A stretch of DNA of 63,257 bases, filler included, from an uncultured bacterium (GCA_964471275.1; 3 parts of 3 records of this genome joined end to end with filler, not necessarily neighbours in it), one strand, 5' to 3'; shown: positions 38,524 through 49,110, counted from the first letter of the whole stretch. Translations and numbers: made by a program. Notes: generated from the sequence alone by a model not told the origin.

Positions 38524-39606
38524 CTACCGTCGGTCCTTATCGATCTCTTTCAGCATTTTGGGCCAGGCCAGGTCAGCATAGAACCTGTGACCTTCTGCCC
38601 CTATGACCAGGTGACACCGGTCTTCCGCGTCCGCTGCTTTGTATATCTTCTTGAGTCGTCTGAACGCTTTACGGACCCCGGCTACCGGGAAGATATCGTC
38701 GTTCTTGCCCGCGACAAGGACGGTTGGTTTTGGGGCAAAGAGGCCCATGACATCGGGCATTTCTGCATACTTCAACAATCCTGGAAAATAGTTGTCCATG
38801 CAATGGTAGATGGACATGACCGAGTCCTCGAAGGTGCAGAAGTAACAGGATGGCATCGCATATCTGAGCCTCGGGAGCATCGCGGCCGAGAAAAGACTGA
38901 CGGTACCGCCTCCGGAGTTGCCCATCACCCCGATGTGCTTCATCCGGACATCCCTGCGCGTTGCGAGATAGTCGATCCCTCTGTCAACGTCATAGACGCG
39001 CTCACCCGTCAACGTCCTGCCCAGCATCAGCGCGTGCATCGTCGCATCGTGACAGCCGTGGCTGGAAACGCGTTCCTGTATCTGTTCGCGACGTTCACCG
39101 AACGAACGCTGCTCGATGCACAAGGCTGCCAAACCCCTCCGCATGCAGCCCAGACCGAAGTCCCGGTCGCCCGCAACTTCGATCAGCTTGCTGTTGTCTT
39201 CACGGTCGACTCCGATGGAGTTGTGGGCGCCCGTCGAATGCCCCTGGACACAGATGAACCATGTGTAGGGCGGTTCCGCATCCTCGGGAAGACAGACATA
39301 TGCCGTGACGTCGGAGTATGGCTCGCTGGTGTAAGCAATCTTCTCGATCGTTCCCAGGGGATGGTCGAGATGCCATAGCGTGCGGACGTTCAGCGGACAG
39401 CGATCGCTGGGTGTGTCACCGGCTAACTGGCAAACCTTCGATCGGAGCTTGCGCTGCCAGACCTTGAGATCGCCGCCATCATACTCGAGCGATCGATCCA
39501 TCTTCTTGTACAGATGGTGATGGTGAAGAGAGGGAGAGAGATTGAGGCCCGGAGGTTGCTCGTTCTCTGGATGGCCTCCAGTAAAAGCGTTCTTTGGATG
39601 TCGCAT
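38524..39606 (-). CDS. Alpha/beta hydrolase (acetyl xylan esterase/dienelactone hydrolase-like)
   Basis: GNSGGG nucleophile elbow, G..D.IFP, GHRFY, HCMDNY.PG. Confidence 0.82.
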   Translation of the reverse strand: MRHPKNAFTGGHPENEQPPGLNLSPSLHHHHLYKKMDRSLEYDGGDLKVWQRKLRSKVCQLAGDTPSDRCPLNVRTLWHLDHPLGTIEKIAYTSEPYSDVTAYVCLPEDAEPPYTWFICVQGHSTGAHNSIGVDREDNSKLIEVAGDRDFGLGCMRRGLAALCIEQRSFGERREQIQERVSSHGCHDATMHALMLGRTLTGERVYDVDRGIDYLATRRDVRMKHIGVMGNSGGGTVSLFSAAMLPRLRYAMPSCYFCTFEDSVMSIYHCMDNYFPGLLKYAEMPDVMGLFAPKPTVLVAGKNDDIFPVAGVRKAFRRLKKIYKAADAEDRCHLVIGAEGHRFYADLAWPKMLKEIDKDRR

Positions 39607-39679
39607 GGGATTCCAGAAAGAAGATTTGAGGAAAGAAGATGGTTACGACGGTCAACAGCTCGGCATCAATTTGATCTTT

Positions 39680-39689
39680 NNNNNNNNNN
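39680..39689. other. Scaffold gap (10 N)
   Basis: Run of 10 N. Confidence 1.
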
Positions 39690-39812
39690 GCCAGGCCCCA
39701 GAAAAGTCATTATGTCGAACCGACACGAAACTGCAATTGCTGAGGTAGTTGGTGTGTCATGCACTCCAGGCCAAGACCGTCTGTCAGTAATGAGTCCGAG
39801 ACGTTGTCTCAT

Positions 39813-41273
39813 CTATTCCATGAGTTCCGCCGCGCGTTGCTTCCACTCGTCGTAGCGAGGAGAGAGCGCAAGGGCACCACCGGGTTGGGGGACAAGCTCG
39901 CCTCCCTGGCCGCGAGGATCGCCGCGTTTCTCGTTGATTTCGGCCAGACGTTTGCGCCACACCGCGACGCGGTCTGCGTGGCCGGGGCTTGTGGAGAGGT
40001 CGCAGCACTCGAGCGGGTCTTCGACCAGGTCGAAGAACATCTTCTCGCCGGTGTGATGATACCAGATGTATTTCTCCCGGCCGTCTGTGACATACTGCAT
40101 GCCGTAGTCCCGGTCGTAACACGTCGTGTGTTCGCCCTGCACGAAATCGCGCCACTCTGTGTTCGCGTTCCGGGCGATCTTCAGCAAGCTCTCGCCGTCC
40201 ACGGATTCGGGAATGTCAACCCCGGCAGCGTCCAGGATGGTTGGCATGATGTCTCGCAGTTCGATCGGCTGATCCAAAACCTGTTCACGATCCAGGTCCC
40301 AGGAGTTCGGGAATCGCACCAGGAACGGAACTCGCGCGGAGCCCTCGTAAGCGTAGGTCTTTCGCCAATGATGGTGATCGCCCATCATATCGCCGTGGTC
40401 CGATGTGAAGATGATGAAGGTGTTTGCCCATACTTGGGGGCTTTCCCGGCGCAGCTCGTAGAGCACCCGTCCGATCTGGTGATCGATGAACGTGATATTG
40501 CCGTAGTAGCCCGCCCGGGCACGGTGAGTCTCTGTGTCGGATCGGTGGGAGAATGGCGCATTTGTGTCGGCAACCTTCTTGTCCCATCGGCCGCACCAGT
40601 CTCCAACCGCGGCTCTCGGAATTTCCGAGTTGTCGGCGTACATGTCGAAGTATGACTGCGGGGCATCGTAGGGGGAGTGTGGTCGGGCGAATGACAACCA
40701 CATGAAGAAGGGCTTTGTCGTATCCCGGTGCTTGAGGAACTTGATACCCTCCGAGGCGGTCCAGTGGGATGGGTGCAAGTGCTCGGGGAGGTGGGAGGGC
40801 CTCGCCATCCAACTGTTCCAGTCAACGCTGTGATCTCGATAGCCGTAGGGTCCATCCTTGTTCTCGTCGAACCATTCGTGGTAGTCACTGACGAAATTGA
40901 CCGATCGGCGACCGCTTTCATCTAGAACGAGGTTGTGAAAACCGTAGAGCCTGCGTTGTGGAGCGAAGTGCATCTTGCCCACCGCCTGAGTGTGGTAGCC
41001 GGCCTTTGCGAGTTCTCCGGGAAGCGTGGCCGGATATTCGAGCGGATCAGATCCGGTCATCGTCAGACGACCGTGGTTCCACTGATCCATTCCGGTGAGG
41101 ATCCCGGCTCGGGCCGGTGTACAGGAGGGGACAGAGGTGTAGGCGTGTCTGAACCGAGCACCGTCCTCCGCAAGTTCGTCAAGGTAGGGAGTCTCGACGA
41201 CGGGGTGGCCGTCACAGCCCAAGCAGTCGCCACGCTGTTGGTCGGTTGTGATGAGGATAATGTTGGGTTTCAC
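39813..41273 (-). CDS. Arylsulfatase
   Basis: KPNIILITTDQQRGD, CTPAR, GKMH, RPHSPYD, SDHGDM, YEGSARVPF. Confidence 0.93.
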   Translation of the reverse strand: MKPNIILITTDQQRGDCLGCDGHPVVETPYLDELAEDGARFRHAYTSVPSCTPARAGILTGMDQWNHGRLTMTGSDPLEYPATLPGELAKAGYHTQAVGKMHFAPQRRLYGFHNLVLDESGRRSVNFVSDYHEWFDENKDGPYGYRDHSVDWNSWMARPSHLPEHLHPSHWTASEGIKFLKHRDTTKPFFMWLSFARPHSPYDAPQSYFDMYADNSEIPRAAVGDWCGRWDKKVADTNAPFSHRSDTETHRARAGYYGNITFIDHQIGRVLYELRRESPQVWANTFIIFTSDHGDMMGDHHHWRKTYAYEGSARVPFLVRFPNSWDLDREQVLDQPIELRDIMPTILDAAGVDIPESVDGESLLKIARNANTEWRDFVQGEHTTCYDRDYGMQYVTDGREKYIWYHHTGEKMFFDLVEDPLECCDLSTSPGHADRVAVWRKRLAEINEKRGDPRGQGGELVPQPGGALALSPRYDEWKQRAAELME

Positions 41274-41319
41274 GTAGGGTTCCTTGTTTGGGTAAAGCGT
41301 TCCAGAGCGGCGAGAAGCA

Positions 41320-41371
41320 TTCCAGGTTCCAGGAAGTCAAAGGCGTCTTCCGCCTCATCTGGAACCTGGAA
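41320..41371. repeat. Intergenic inverted repeat built from TTCCAGG heptamers
   Basis: TTCCAGGTTCCAG (41320-41332) and CTGGAACCTGGAA (41359-41371) form a perfect 13 bp arm, with an inner AGGCG/CGCCT stem. Confidence 0.8.
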
Positions 41372-41402
41372 CGCCCCTCGCTCTATTGGCACGCCCTTGT
41401 TC

Positions 41403-42296
41403 TTACCAGCATTCCTTCAGAAACCGAACCCAGTTTCCGTGGAGGACGTTGTCCACATCTGCGGACGAGTAGCCTCTCTTATCCAGGATTTCGGGAAGTC
41501 TGTTCAAGTCTGTGATGGTGTTCAGGTCATTCGGCGATTGTTCCTGTCCAAATCCGCCATCCAGATCGGTGCCGATACCGGAATGGGTGCAGTTGCCGAG
41601 CAGCTGGCTGATGTGATCGATGTGATCGACGACGGTTTCCAAGGTGGCCTGTGTTCGTTGCTCGTAGCACGGCTTCTCTCGATCCCAGGATGGATCCAGC
41701 ATCCAGGCATCGAATGCTGTGCCCACGACACCCCCACGTTCCGCGATCGCCTTGATCATGTCATCCGTCAACTGGCGCTGGCCCGGTACGAGTTCACGGC
41801 AGTTGTGGTGTGATGCGCATATCGGTCCGCCATAGGCATCAAGGGTTTCCCAGAAGCCCTGGTCGGTGGCGTGCGTCATATCCACGATGATGCCGGAATC
41901 CTTGAGCGCATCGAGGAGAGGCTTTGCGCGTGGAAGCAAACCGCCTTCAGTGCCCGTTCCGTGCGCATAGGAACTGGTGCCGTAGTGCTGGATGCTGACC
42001 ATTCGAAGTCCACGATCATACCACTCGGGCACCTGCTCCGGATCCAGTATCGCATCTGCGCTTTCCATCGCCAATATCAGACCGACCGGTTCATTCAGCG
42101 CTGGATTCTCCCAGGCAGCGACTGAGGCATCCAGGTCTTCGGAGGATTGGATAAAGCGAATCTCACCTTCGCGTTCCATCGCTTCGTAGAACGCGTAGTG
42201 CCCCATCCCGACGCCGTGGCACTGGGACTGAGCATACATCCCCGTCTTCGTCCATTCGTCGTTCGGATCCGTTCGCGACATCACGGTGCCGAAGAT
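41403..42296 (-). CDS. Membrane dipeptidase family (M19), N-terminally truncated by contig end
   Basis: MESAD, GIIVDMTH, ASHHNCR, RQLTDD, HIDHI, GIGTDLDGG, GNW.RF. Confidence 0.88.
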   Translation of the reverse strand: MFGTVMSRTDPNDEWTKTGMYAQSQCHGVGMGHYAFYEAMEREGEIRFIQSSEDLDASVAAWENPALNEPVGLILAMESADAILDPEQVPEWYDRGLRMVSIQHYGTSSYAHGTGTEGGLLPRAKPLLDALKDSGIIVDMTHATDQGFWETLDAYGGPICASHHNCRELVPGQRQLTDDMIKAIAERGGVVGTAFDAWMLDPSWDREKPCYEQRTQATLETVVDHIDHISQLLGNCTHSGIGTDLDGGFGQEQSPNDLNTITDLNRLPEILDKRGYSSADVDNVLHGNWVRFLKECW

Positions 42297-42297
42297 G

Positions 42298-42397
42298 NNN
42301 NNNNNNNNNNNNNNNNNNNNNNNNNNNNNNNNNNNNNNNNNTTAATTAATTAANNNNNNNNNNNNNNNNNNNNNNNNNNNNNNNNNNNNNNNNNNNN
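42298..42397. other. Artificial contig linker
   Basis: N-run containing TTAATTAATTAA at 42342-42353. Confidence 0.98.
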
Positions 42398-43369
42398 GAT
42401 CTTCTGGATGACATCGGTAACCTGACCGACCCCAATTACGAAGGCTGGGTCTACTGGATGGAACTGCCGACGAGGGAAGAGAGCTCCGACATCCGTCTCT
42501 TCTCAGCGCCGCTTCGAATCGCTGAACAATTGGACGAAACGCTCTACGGTCGGATGCACACGATCATCTTCACATCGGCAACGCTCGGCATCCGGGGCAA
42601 ATTGATATATTTCCTGAGAAGGATGGGGCTCGAGGATGCGGACGAGGATCGCGTAAGGAGTTTGTGTCTCGGGTCGCCGTTCGATTATGACAGTCAGGCA
42701 CTCGTGTGTACCGCACAGTTCATGCCGTCTCCAAAGGACGACCAGTTCCAGGAGGCGGTCGACAAGGTAGTTCGTGAACTGGCGGTGGAAGTGAATCGCG
42801 GAACACTCGTCCTCTACACGTCGTATAGTATGTTGAACAAGACATATGGCACGCTGAAGCTCGATCTGTCATCTCGGGACACTTTGCTGCTCGGTCAGGG
42901 CAAGGATGGCTCGAGGCAGCACATCACAGAACGGTTCAAGGAGAACCGTTCCTCCGTACTCCTCGGCACGGACAGCTTCTGGGAAGGCGTCGATCTGCCG
43001 GGCGATGCGCTCGAAATACTGGGCATCGTTCGTCTGCCCTTTGCCGTGCCGTCGGAACCGCTGGTCGAGGCCCAGATGGAAGAACTCCAGAAGCAGGGGA
43101 AGGATCCCTTCATCCACTACTCCGTCCCTGAGGCGATTCTTAAGTTTCGCCAGGGCTTTGGCCGCCTAATTCGTAACGCGACCGATCGAGGTGTCGTCAT
43201 AGTACTCGACAATCGTGTTGCGACAACGCGCTACGGCAAGGCATTCCTGGACTCATTGCCAGCGCCGTCTCGGGCGTTCTCGTCCCGCGAGGAGATGGTT
43301 CACACGATTCGTCAGTGGTTCATCGATACTGAGACCGTTACTCAGGTGAATCCCGAGGCAGCAGATTGA
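42398..43369 (+). CDS. dinG: DinG/YoaA family helicase, C-terminal part
   Basis: FTSATL, SPFDY, LVLYTSY, FWEGVD, RLPF, QGFGRLIR, LDNR. Confidence 0.88.
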   Translation, partial: DLLDDIGNLTDPNYEGWVYWMELPTREESSDIRLFSAPLRIAEQLDETLYGRMHTIIFTSATLGIRGKLIYFLRRMGLEDADEDRVRSLCLGSPFDYDSQALVCTAQFMPSPKDDQFQEAVDKVVRELAVEVNRGTLVLYTSYSMLNKTYGTLKLDLSSRDTLLLGQGKDGSRQHITERFKENRSSVLLGTDSFWEGVDLPGDALEILGIVRLPFAVPSEPLVEAQMEELQKQGKDPFIHYSVPEAILKFRQGFGRLIRNATDRGVVIVLDNRVATTRYGKAFLDSLPAPSRAFSSREEMVHTIRQWFIDTETVTQVNPEAAD

Positions 43370-44811
43370 ACGACAGCATCCAAATCATCAGGGACCCACT
43401 CCGTAAACTGCTCGCGCGCGTCCCTCCTGAGTCGCATCCGATCGTTGGGGAGGCATATCACATTGCCTTTGCCAGCCACGAGGGGCAACATCGTGATGCG
43501 GGCCAGCCGTTTATCATTCACCCGATCGCCGTCGCCGTCCTGCTCGCCAGCGAACTCGGTTTCTCACGCGATGCGGAGATGATGACCGCTGCCCTCCTGC
43601 ACGATGCCGTCGAGGACTCGGCACTCGACATTGAAGACATCGACCCAACATTCGGTAAACCCGTCGCCACGCTGGTGAGAGGGGTAACGAAGGCCGAAGG
43701 AGTAAAAGCCAAGAATCGGGCCGCTCGCCGGAACGCCACACTTCAAAAACTCTTCTCCGCCGCCCGGGACGATCCACGTGTACTGATCCTCAAACTCGCT
43801 GACCGCGTCCACAACATGCGAAGCATCGATGGAATCAAGGATCCGACACGTAGAAAGCGTATCGCACAGGAAACCGTGGATGTCTACATCCCGATCGCGC
43901 ACCTTCTCGGGATGCGGCGCACACGACGCGAACTCGAGAACCAGAGCCTGAGTTGTATCGAGCCGGAAGTGCACGCTGAATTAACTCAGCGGTTGTCGAC
44001 CGGGCCGTCGTCGCACTACCACGAATTTGTCGACAAGATCAGCCGGCTCCTTCGTGGTGCCGACATTCGCGCCAGAACACGCATCCAGTCCAAGAGCATG
44101 TGGAGCATGCATCGCAAGCTCGAAAGGCTCAACGTCCCGCTCTCGAGCGTCTTCAACCGCCACGCTATCGAGGTTATCGTTTCCAGCCGTGATGCCTGTT
44201 ACCGCTCCCTGGGCCTGCTTCACGCGCAGTTCCCGCCGGTGATGGAGAGCATCAAAGACTTCATCGCCCTGCCCAAGCGTAACCGCTACCAGGCGCTTCA
44301 CACAACGGTGCTGGATGGTGGAAACCGGTATGAAGTACACATCCAGACCCCGGCGATGCATCGCATCGGGGAGTTGGGTCTGGCGGCACTGAAGGGGAAC
44401 CGGCTTGCGGATGAATCACGTCGGAAGTGGCTGGAAGAGTTGTCGGACTGGCACGATCACGACACACCGTCGCACCATCTGCTGGAGGATCTGAAACGGA
44501 TCCTGTTTGTGAGAGAGATTGCGGCATTCACGCCCGAGGATGAGCCGATTATCCTGCCGGAAGGCGCTACCGTTCGAGATTTCGCCTTCGCCGTACACTC
44601 GGACCTCGGGTTGCGATGCTCTGGCGCGATCGTAAACGGCAAACCTGTCTCACCCATCACACCGCTCAAGTGGGGAGACACCGTGCATATCGAGACAAAT
44701 CTGGACCGGGAACCCAAGCCCGGCTGGCTCCGAAACCTGAAGAGCTACCACGCCCGAAAGGTCTTGAAGCGCTACCTGCATCTGAGTGAAGTCAAGGAGC
44801 CACGGGACTGA
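43366..44811 (+). CDS. RelA/SpoT homolog (HD + degenerate synthetase + TGS; no ACT domain)
   Basis: H.GQ.R..G.PFI.HP, ALLHDAVED, KLADRVHNMR, PK.NRYQALHTTV, LPEGAT..DFAFAVHSDLG. Confidence 0.88.
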   Translation: MNDSIQIIRDPLRKLLARVPPESHPIVGEAYHIAFASHEGQHRDAGQPFIIHPIAVAVLLASELGFSRDAEMMTAALLHDAVEDSALDIEDIDPTFGKPVATLVRGVTKAEGVKAKNRAARRNATLQKLFSAARDDPRVLILKLADRVHNMRSIDGIKDPTRRKRIAQETVDVYIPIAHLLGMRRTRRELENQSLSCIEPEVHAELTQRLSTGPSSHYHEFVDKISRLLRGADIRARTRIQSKSMWSMHRKLERLNVPLSSVFNRHAIEVIVSSRDACYRSLGLLHAQFPPVMESIKDFIALPKRNRYQALHTTVLDGGNRYEVHIQTPAMHRIGELGLAALKGNRLADESRRKWLEELSDWHDHDTPSHHLLEDLKRILFVREIAAFTPEDEPIILPEGATVRDFAFAVHSDLGLRCSGAIVNGKPVSPITPLKWGDTVHIETNLDREPKPGWLRNLKSYHARKVLKRYLHLSEVKEPRD

Positions 44812-44825
44812 GCGGCTCTTCCTCA

Positions 44826-45465
44826 GTCAACCAACAAGCTATCGGATCTCGCCTTCCCGGCGTTCTGGTTCCGCTGGCGCAATCCAACTTGCCGCTCGCA
44901 TTGATCCTGCTGATGGTTTCGACGATCATCCTCGGAATGGGGCACCCTTCCGCTGTCTGCTATCTCATTATGGCACACTTGTGGGCCCGATCCTGGATGA
45001 CCTGGGTCTGGTTCCGCTCGCTGCACACCTCTTCATTTTCTACTTCGGGATGATGTCGATGGTCACACCGCCCGTTGCACTTGCAGCCTACACGGCCAGC
45101 GCCATCGCCGAGGCGGGCATCATGCAGTCCGGTCTTGCGGCATTTCATTTCGCGCTGATCGGATTCGCCTCCCTTACTGCTTTGTCATCAACCCGGAGCT
45201 CCTTCTTCTCTCCAGGGAGGGTCGGTCCCCGATGGCGGTGTCCGTTCTCGCCTCGGTGACGTTGACCGGACTGGGCATCATCCCGCTCGCGGGTGCCGTG
45301 ACGAGCCGAGTCCGACATAACCTTCGTGCTCACGAGCGCGCAGCACTGCTGGTCGGTAGTGGCTTGTTGCTGTTTGCCCGGAATACCCCGAACGTGTGGG
45401 CAGCCGTGGCAGTCGGCGCAATCATCTCGACCGTCACGTTTTTCTCGGCCAGGAGGTCTGATTGA
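44826..45465 (+). pseudogene. C-terminal remnant of a TRAP transporter 4TM/12TM fused permease
   Basis: IILGMGHPSAVCYL and AHLFIFYFGMMSMVTPPVALAAY are in different frames; the N-terminal part is absent. Confidence 0.8.
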
Positions 45466-45914
45466 TCGGTAAGATCACCATCGCGCTGGTTGCTGGAGTC
45501 GTCGCTTTGATCGTGGGTGTCCGGACGATTGCACAACGCGCTCCCCGACCCGACCGACTCGGCGTGACCGGTGGCCAGTTGACGCCATGTCCCGACAAAC
45601 CCAACTGCGCCAGTTCCTACGAGGACCTGAACCCGTTCACCTACGTCGGTGACCGTTCCGAGGCCTGCGAAGCGCTTGCGGGCATCCTGGAGACCTGGTC
45701 GAGAACGACGATTATCCAGAAGACGAATGACTACATCCACGTTGAATTCCGGTCGAGCGTCTTCAACTTCATCGATGACGGGGAGTTCTACCTGCCAGCC
45801 GGGGAGACCGTCGTCCACTATCGTTCAGCTGCCAGAAGCGGACACTACGACCTGGGTGTCAATGCTTCACGCATCACTGAAATCGGTGCACGGTTGGCTG
45901 AATCGCTCAAATAA
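45462..45914 (+). CDS. DUF1499 domain protein
   Basis: LTPCPDKPNC, F.F.DDGEF, RSAARSGHYDLGVN..R. Confidence 0.88.
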   Translation: MIGKITIALVAGVVALIVGVRTIAQRAPRPDRLGVTGGQLTPCPDKPNCASSYEDLNPFTYVGDRSEACEALAGILETWSRTTIIQKTNDYIHVEFRSSVFNFIDDGEFYLPAGETVVHYRSAARSGHYDLGVNASRITEIGARLAESLK

Positions 45915-45932
45915 GCCCTGGAGCCGAATATA

Positions 45933-47099
45933 ATGAAGATCGAGTCGATCGAATCGTTTGTCGTCAAACTTCCAAAAGATGGCGTGCGCTGTGACATTCC
46001 GGACTACGCCGCCCCACACCGCCCGCTCACATACCAGACAGACCCTCCATTCGGCGATTTGAACGGTGCGAGATACTGGGAAGCGCTCTTTATAAAGGTG
46101 ACGAGTGAATGCGGTCACGTGGGCTGGGGAGAGGGGCAGTCTCTGCTTGTACCGGAGGCCACGCACGCTGTCGTTCAGAACATGCTGAGTCCGCTCATCA
46201 TCGGCGAAAATCCGCTGGCGAGAGGTAAACACTGGGACCGGATGTATGCGGCCATGCGGGGACGTGGCTACCGTTCTGGGTATATGGCAGCGGCCATCGC
46301 GGGAATCAACAATGCGCTCTGGGATCTCTCTGGACGCATCCTGGAGATCCCATGCCACGAACTCCTGGGAGGTCCATACCGCAACAGGGTCCGCATATAC
46401 AACAACGTTCACGGACGAACACCTAGAGAGGGTGCCGAGAACGCAGCGGCGTCAGTTGCGCGCGGATACGATGCCGTTAAGTATCACCTTTTCCGACCCC
46501 AAGATGAGGCACTTGCCTATGTCGACCTGACCCGTGAAGCGGTGGGCCCCGACGTGGACATCCTCGTCGATCTGACGTGGCACTACGACCAGCCAGGAGC
46601 TATCGCTCTTGGGCGGGAACTCCAGAAGCGGCGCGTGTTCTGGCTGGAATCGCCCGTACCGAGCGAAGATCTGAAACGTCACGCGGAAGTAGCGACGGCA
46701 TTGGACCTGCCGGTCTGCATCGGGCAGGAGTACTACAACGCCTACCAATTCCGCGCCGTGCTCGAAGCCCACGCTGCTGACATGCTGCTCCCCGATCTGG
46801 CAAGGTGCGGGCTGACTGGCGGTCTACGCATCGCACACCTGGCCGAAACCTTCGACATCCCACTATCTCCTGCGGTAGGCGGCGGAAACGTCTACTCAAC
46901 CGCGGCGCAGCTGCAGCTCTCGGCCGGTATCCTCAATTTCGTGATCATGGAGCACTTCGACTACGCCTTCGAAGCGAAGAGCAAGATGATTCTGTCGGAG
47001 ACACTCAAACGGGACGGCAGCTATCTCGAGTTGCCCGATCGACCGGGGGTAGGCATTGAGATCGACGAAGAGAAACTGCAGAAATACGTTGTAGAGTAG
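45933..47099 (+). CDS. Mandelate racemase/muconate lactonizing enzyme family (acid-sugar dehydratase-like)
   Basis: GWGE, ALWDL.G, LLGG..R, ILVD, WLESP, GQE, PDRPGVGIEID. Confidence 0.88.
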   Translation: MKIESIESFVVKLPKDGVRCDIPDYAAPHRPLTYQTDPPFGDLNGARYWEALFIKVTSECGHVGWGEGQSLLVPEATHAVVQNMLSPLIIGENPLARGKHWDRMYAAMRGRGYRSGYMAAAIAGINNALWDLSGRILEIPCHELLGGPYRNRVRIYNNVHGRTPREGAENAAASVARGYDAVKYHLFRPQDEALAYVDLTREAVGPDVDILVDLTWHYDQPGAIALGRELQKRRVFWLESPVPSEDLKRHAEVATALDLPVCIGQEYYNAYQFRAVLEAHAADMLLPDLARCGLTGGLRIAHLAETFDIPLSPAVGGGNVYSTAAQLQLSAGILNFVIMEHFDYAFEAKSKMILSETLKRDGSYLELPDRPGVGIEIDEEKLQKYVVE

Positions 47100-47153
47100 C
47101 ATCTCGACACAACAGTGGAGAGGCCGCTCCCATCTCTGGCACAGGAGGACGCC

Positions 47154-49064
47154 ATGCTGTCCGAACGTTTAACACCCGAACTCCTTGCTGCAGTCCTGAT
47201 TCCGCGCAACACCTTTCGCCCCTTCCCGCAGGCGGACGACCGAGGTGCTTGGTCTGACCTTCCCGATCCGGTTCAGAAGGCTCATATCGAGCGGGCAGCT
47301 AAGGCGCTCGACTTCGAGTGGCCGGCCATTAACGCCTGGCACTTCCTCGACTTTGTTCGAACAGGCAGACAGGATCACGACATCGACCTCTGGCATGTAC
47401 GTCGCACAACCCTCTGCGATCTCGTCATCGCCGAATGTATCGAGGGCGAGGGACGCTTCATCGACGACATCGTCAATGGGATCTGGGCGATCTGCGAGGA
47501 GTCTTACTGGGGTGTGAGCCCCCACATTGGTGCCCAGAAGGCAGGAGCCGGCTTGCCCGACGTCGCAGAACCCACGGTCGACCTCTTTGCAGCGGAAACG
47601 TCTGCCCTACTTGCCTGGACCCACTACTTGATCGGTCCAGCGCTCGATGCTGTATCACCTTTGATTCGCCGTCGGATCGAGCTCGAAGTACAGCGTCGTG
47701 TCCTGACCCCCGTCCACGAGCGTGACGACTTCTGGTGGATGGGGCTGGTGGAGACCCGTCGGAGATCGGATGGGAAAGACTCTAGGCGCCGTGTTAACAA
47801 CTGGAACCCGTGGATCTGCTCGAACTGGCTCGTCACGACGCTCCTGCTCGAGAAGGATTCCGAACGCAGAATCGAATCGGTCGCCAAAATGCTACGCTGT
47901 GTCGACAAATTCATCGACCCTCACCCGAGGGACGGCGGCTGTGACGAAGGCCCCGGCTACTGGGGACGCGCGGGTGCCTCGCTCTTTGAATGCCTGGACT
48001 GGCTGGGCATGGCCACAGACGACGAAATCGATGTCTTTTCTGATCCCCTCATCGGCGAGATCGGGAAGTTCATCTATCGTGCACACATCGATGATCTCTA
48101 CTTTGTCAACTTTGCAGACGCACCACCCATCTTGCTTCCCTCATCTGCCCTGACGTTCGTCTACGGAAAACGAATCAATGACACCGATATGATGTCCTTT
48201 GGAGCCTGGGCTGCTGCCAAGCAAGGCGTCTGCAACTCTGGTTTCCTCGAGAGCATTGGCAGACAGTTGCGCGCGGTATTCAATGTCCAGGGACTCCTTG
48301 CACAGGAGCCGCTGGCCCCGATGCCCAGAGATGTCTGGCTGCCGGACATCCAGGTCGCAGTCTCCAGGGATACCGGTGGATCGAGCGACGGACTCTACAT
48401 CGCCGTAAAAGGGGGCCACAACGAGGAGTCTCACAACCACAACGACATCGGCAGCTTCATCGTCTTCTCGAATGGGAGGCCGCTGATCGTCGATGCCGGT
48501 GTCGAGACCTATACACGCAAGACCTTCAGTGCCGAGCGCTATGACATATGGACGATGCAATCCGCCTACCACAGCCTGCTCCCGACGGTTGACGGTAATC
48601 AGCAGGCTCCCGGCCCGGAGTTCGAGGCAACCGATGTCGCCTACAACGTGACGGACGCCGGGATGACTCTCAACCTGGACATCTCGAACGCCTACCCTGT
48701 TGAGGCAGGTATCGCATCCTGGGAACGGACCATCCGGGCTGACCGGAGGGAATCCATCACCGTGGTGGATAGCTACACGCTGTTGAAGCAACCGACAGAA
48801 ATCACGTGCTCACTCCTGACTCCCTGTGAGGTCGCGATCAAGGATGACCTGATCCGGTTAACGTCCAGAACTTTCCACAAGGACAGGACTTCGGGCTCCG
48901 GCACCATCACATTTGACCCCTCCCTTCTGGGCGCCGCGACAGAAGAGGTCCCGATTGAGGACCCACGTCTGGGCAGTGTTTGGGGAGACTCGCTTTACCG
49001 CGTCGTCTTCCGGTGGAAGGCCCTCGATCCCTCGGGCCAGGCCACCTATCGTGTCTCATCGTAA
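47154..49064 (+). CDS. Heparinase II/III family protein
   Basis: AICEESYW, DLFAAET, NNWNPW, DGGCDEG.GYW, NFAD, KGGHNEESHNHNDIGSF, WTMQSAYH. Confidence 0.85.
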   Translation: MLSERLTPELLAAVLIPRNTFRPFPQADDRGAWSDLPDPVQKAHIERAAKALDFEWPAINAWHFLDFVRTGRQDHDIDLWHVRRTTLCDLVIAECIEGEGRFIDDIVNGIWAICEESYWGVSPHIGAQKAGAGLPDVAEPTVDLFAAETSALLAWTHYLIGPALDAVSPLIRRRIELEVQRRVLTPVHERDDFWWMGLVETRRRSDGKDSRRRVNNWNPWICSNWLVTTLLLEKDSERRIESVAKMLRCVDKFIDPHPRDGGCDEGPGYWGRAGASLFECLDWLGMATDDEIDVFSDPLIGEIGKFIYRAHIDDLYFVNFADAPPILLPSSALTFVYGKRINDTDMMSFGAWAAAKQGVCNSGFLESIGRQLRAVFNVQGLLAQEPLAPMPRDVWLPDIQVAVSRDTGGSSDGLYIAVKGGHNEESHNHNDIGSFIVFSNGRPLIVDAGVETYTRKTFSAERYDIWTMQSAYHSLLPTVDGNQQAPGPEFEATDVAYNVTDAGMTLNLDISNAYPVEAGIASWERTIRADRRESITVVDSYTLLKQPTEITCSLLTPCEVAIKDDLIRLTSRTFHKDRTSGSGTITFDPSLLGAATEEVPIEDPRLGSVWGDSLYRVVFRWKALDPSGQATYRVSS

Positions 49065-49110
49065 CTCGTGCTCCCTGTGTCCTGTCACCACCAGCAGAAG
49101 GTAGACACAC

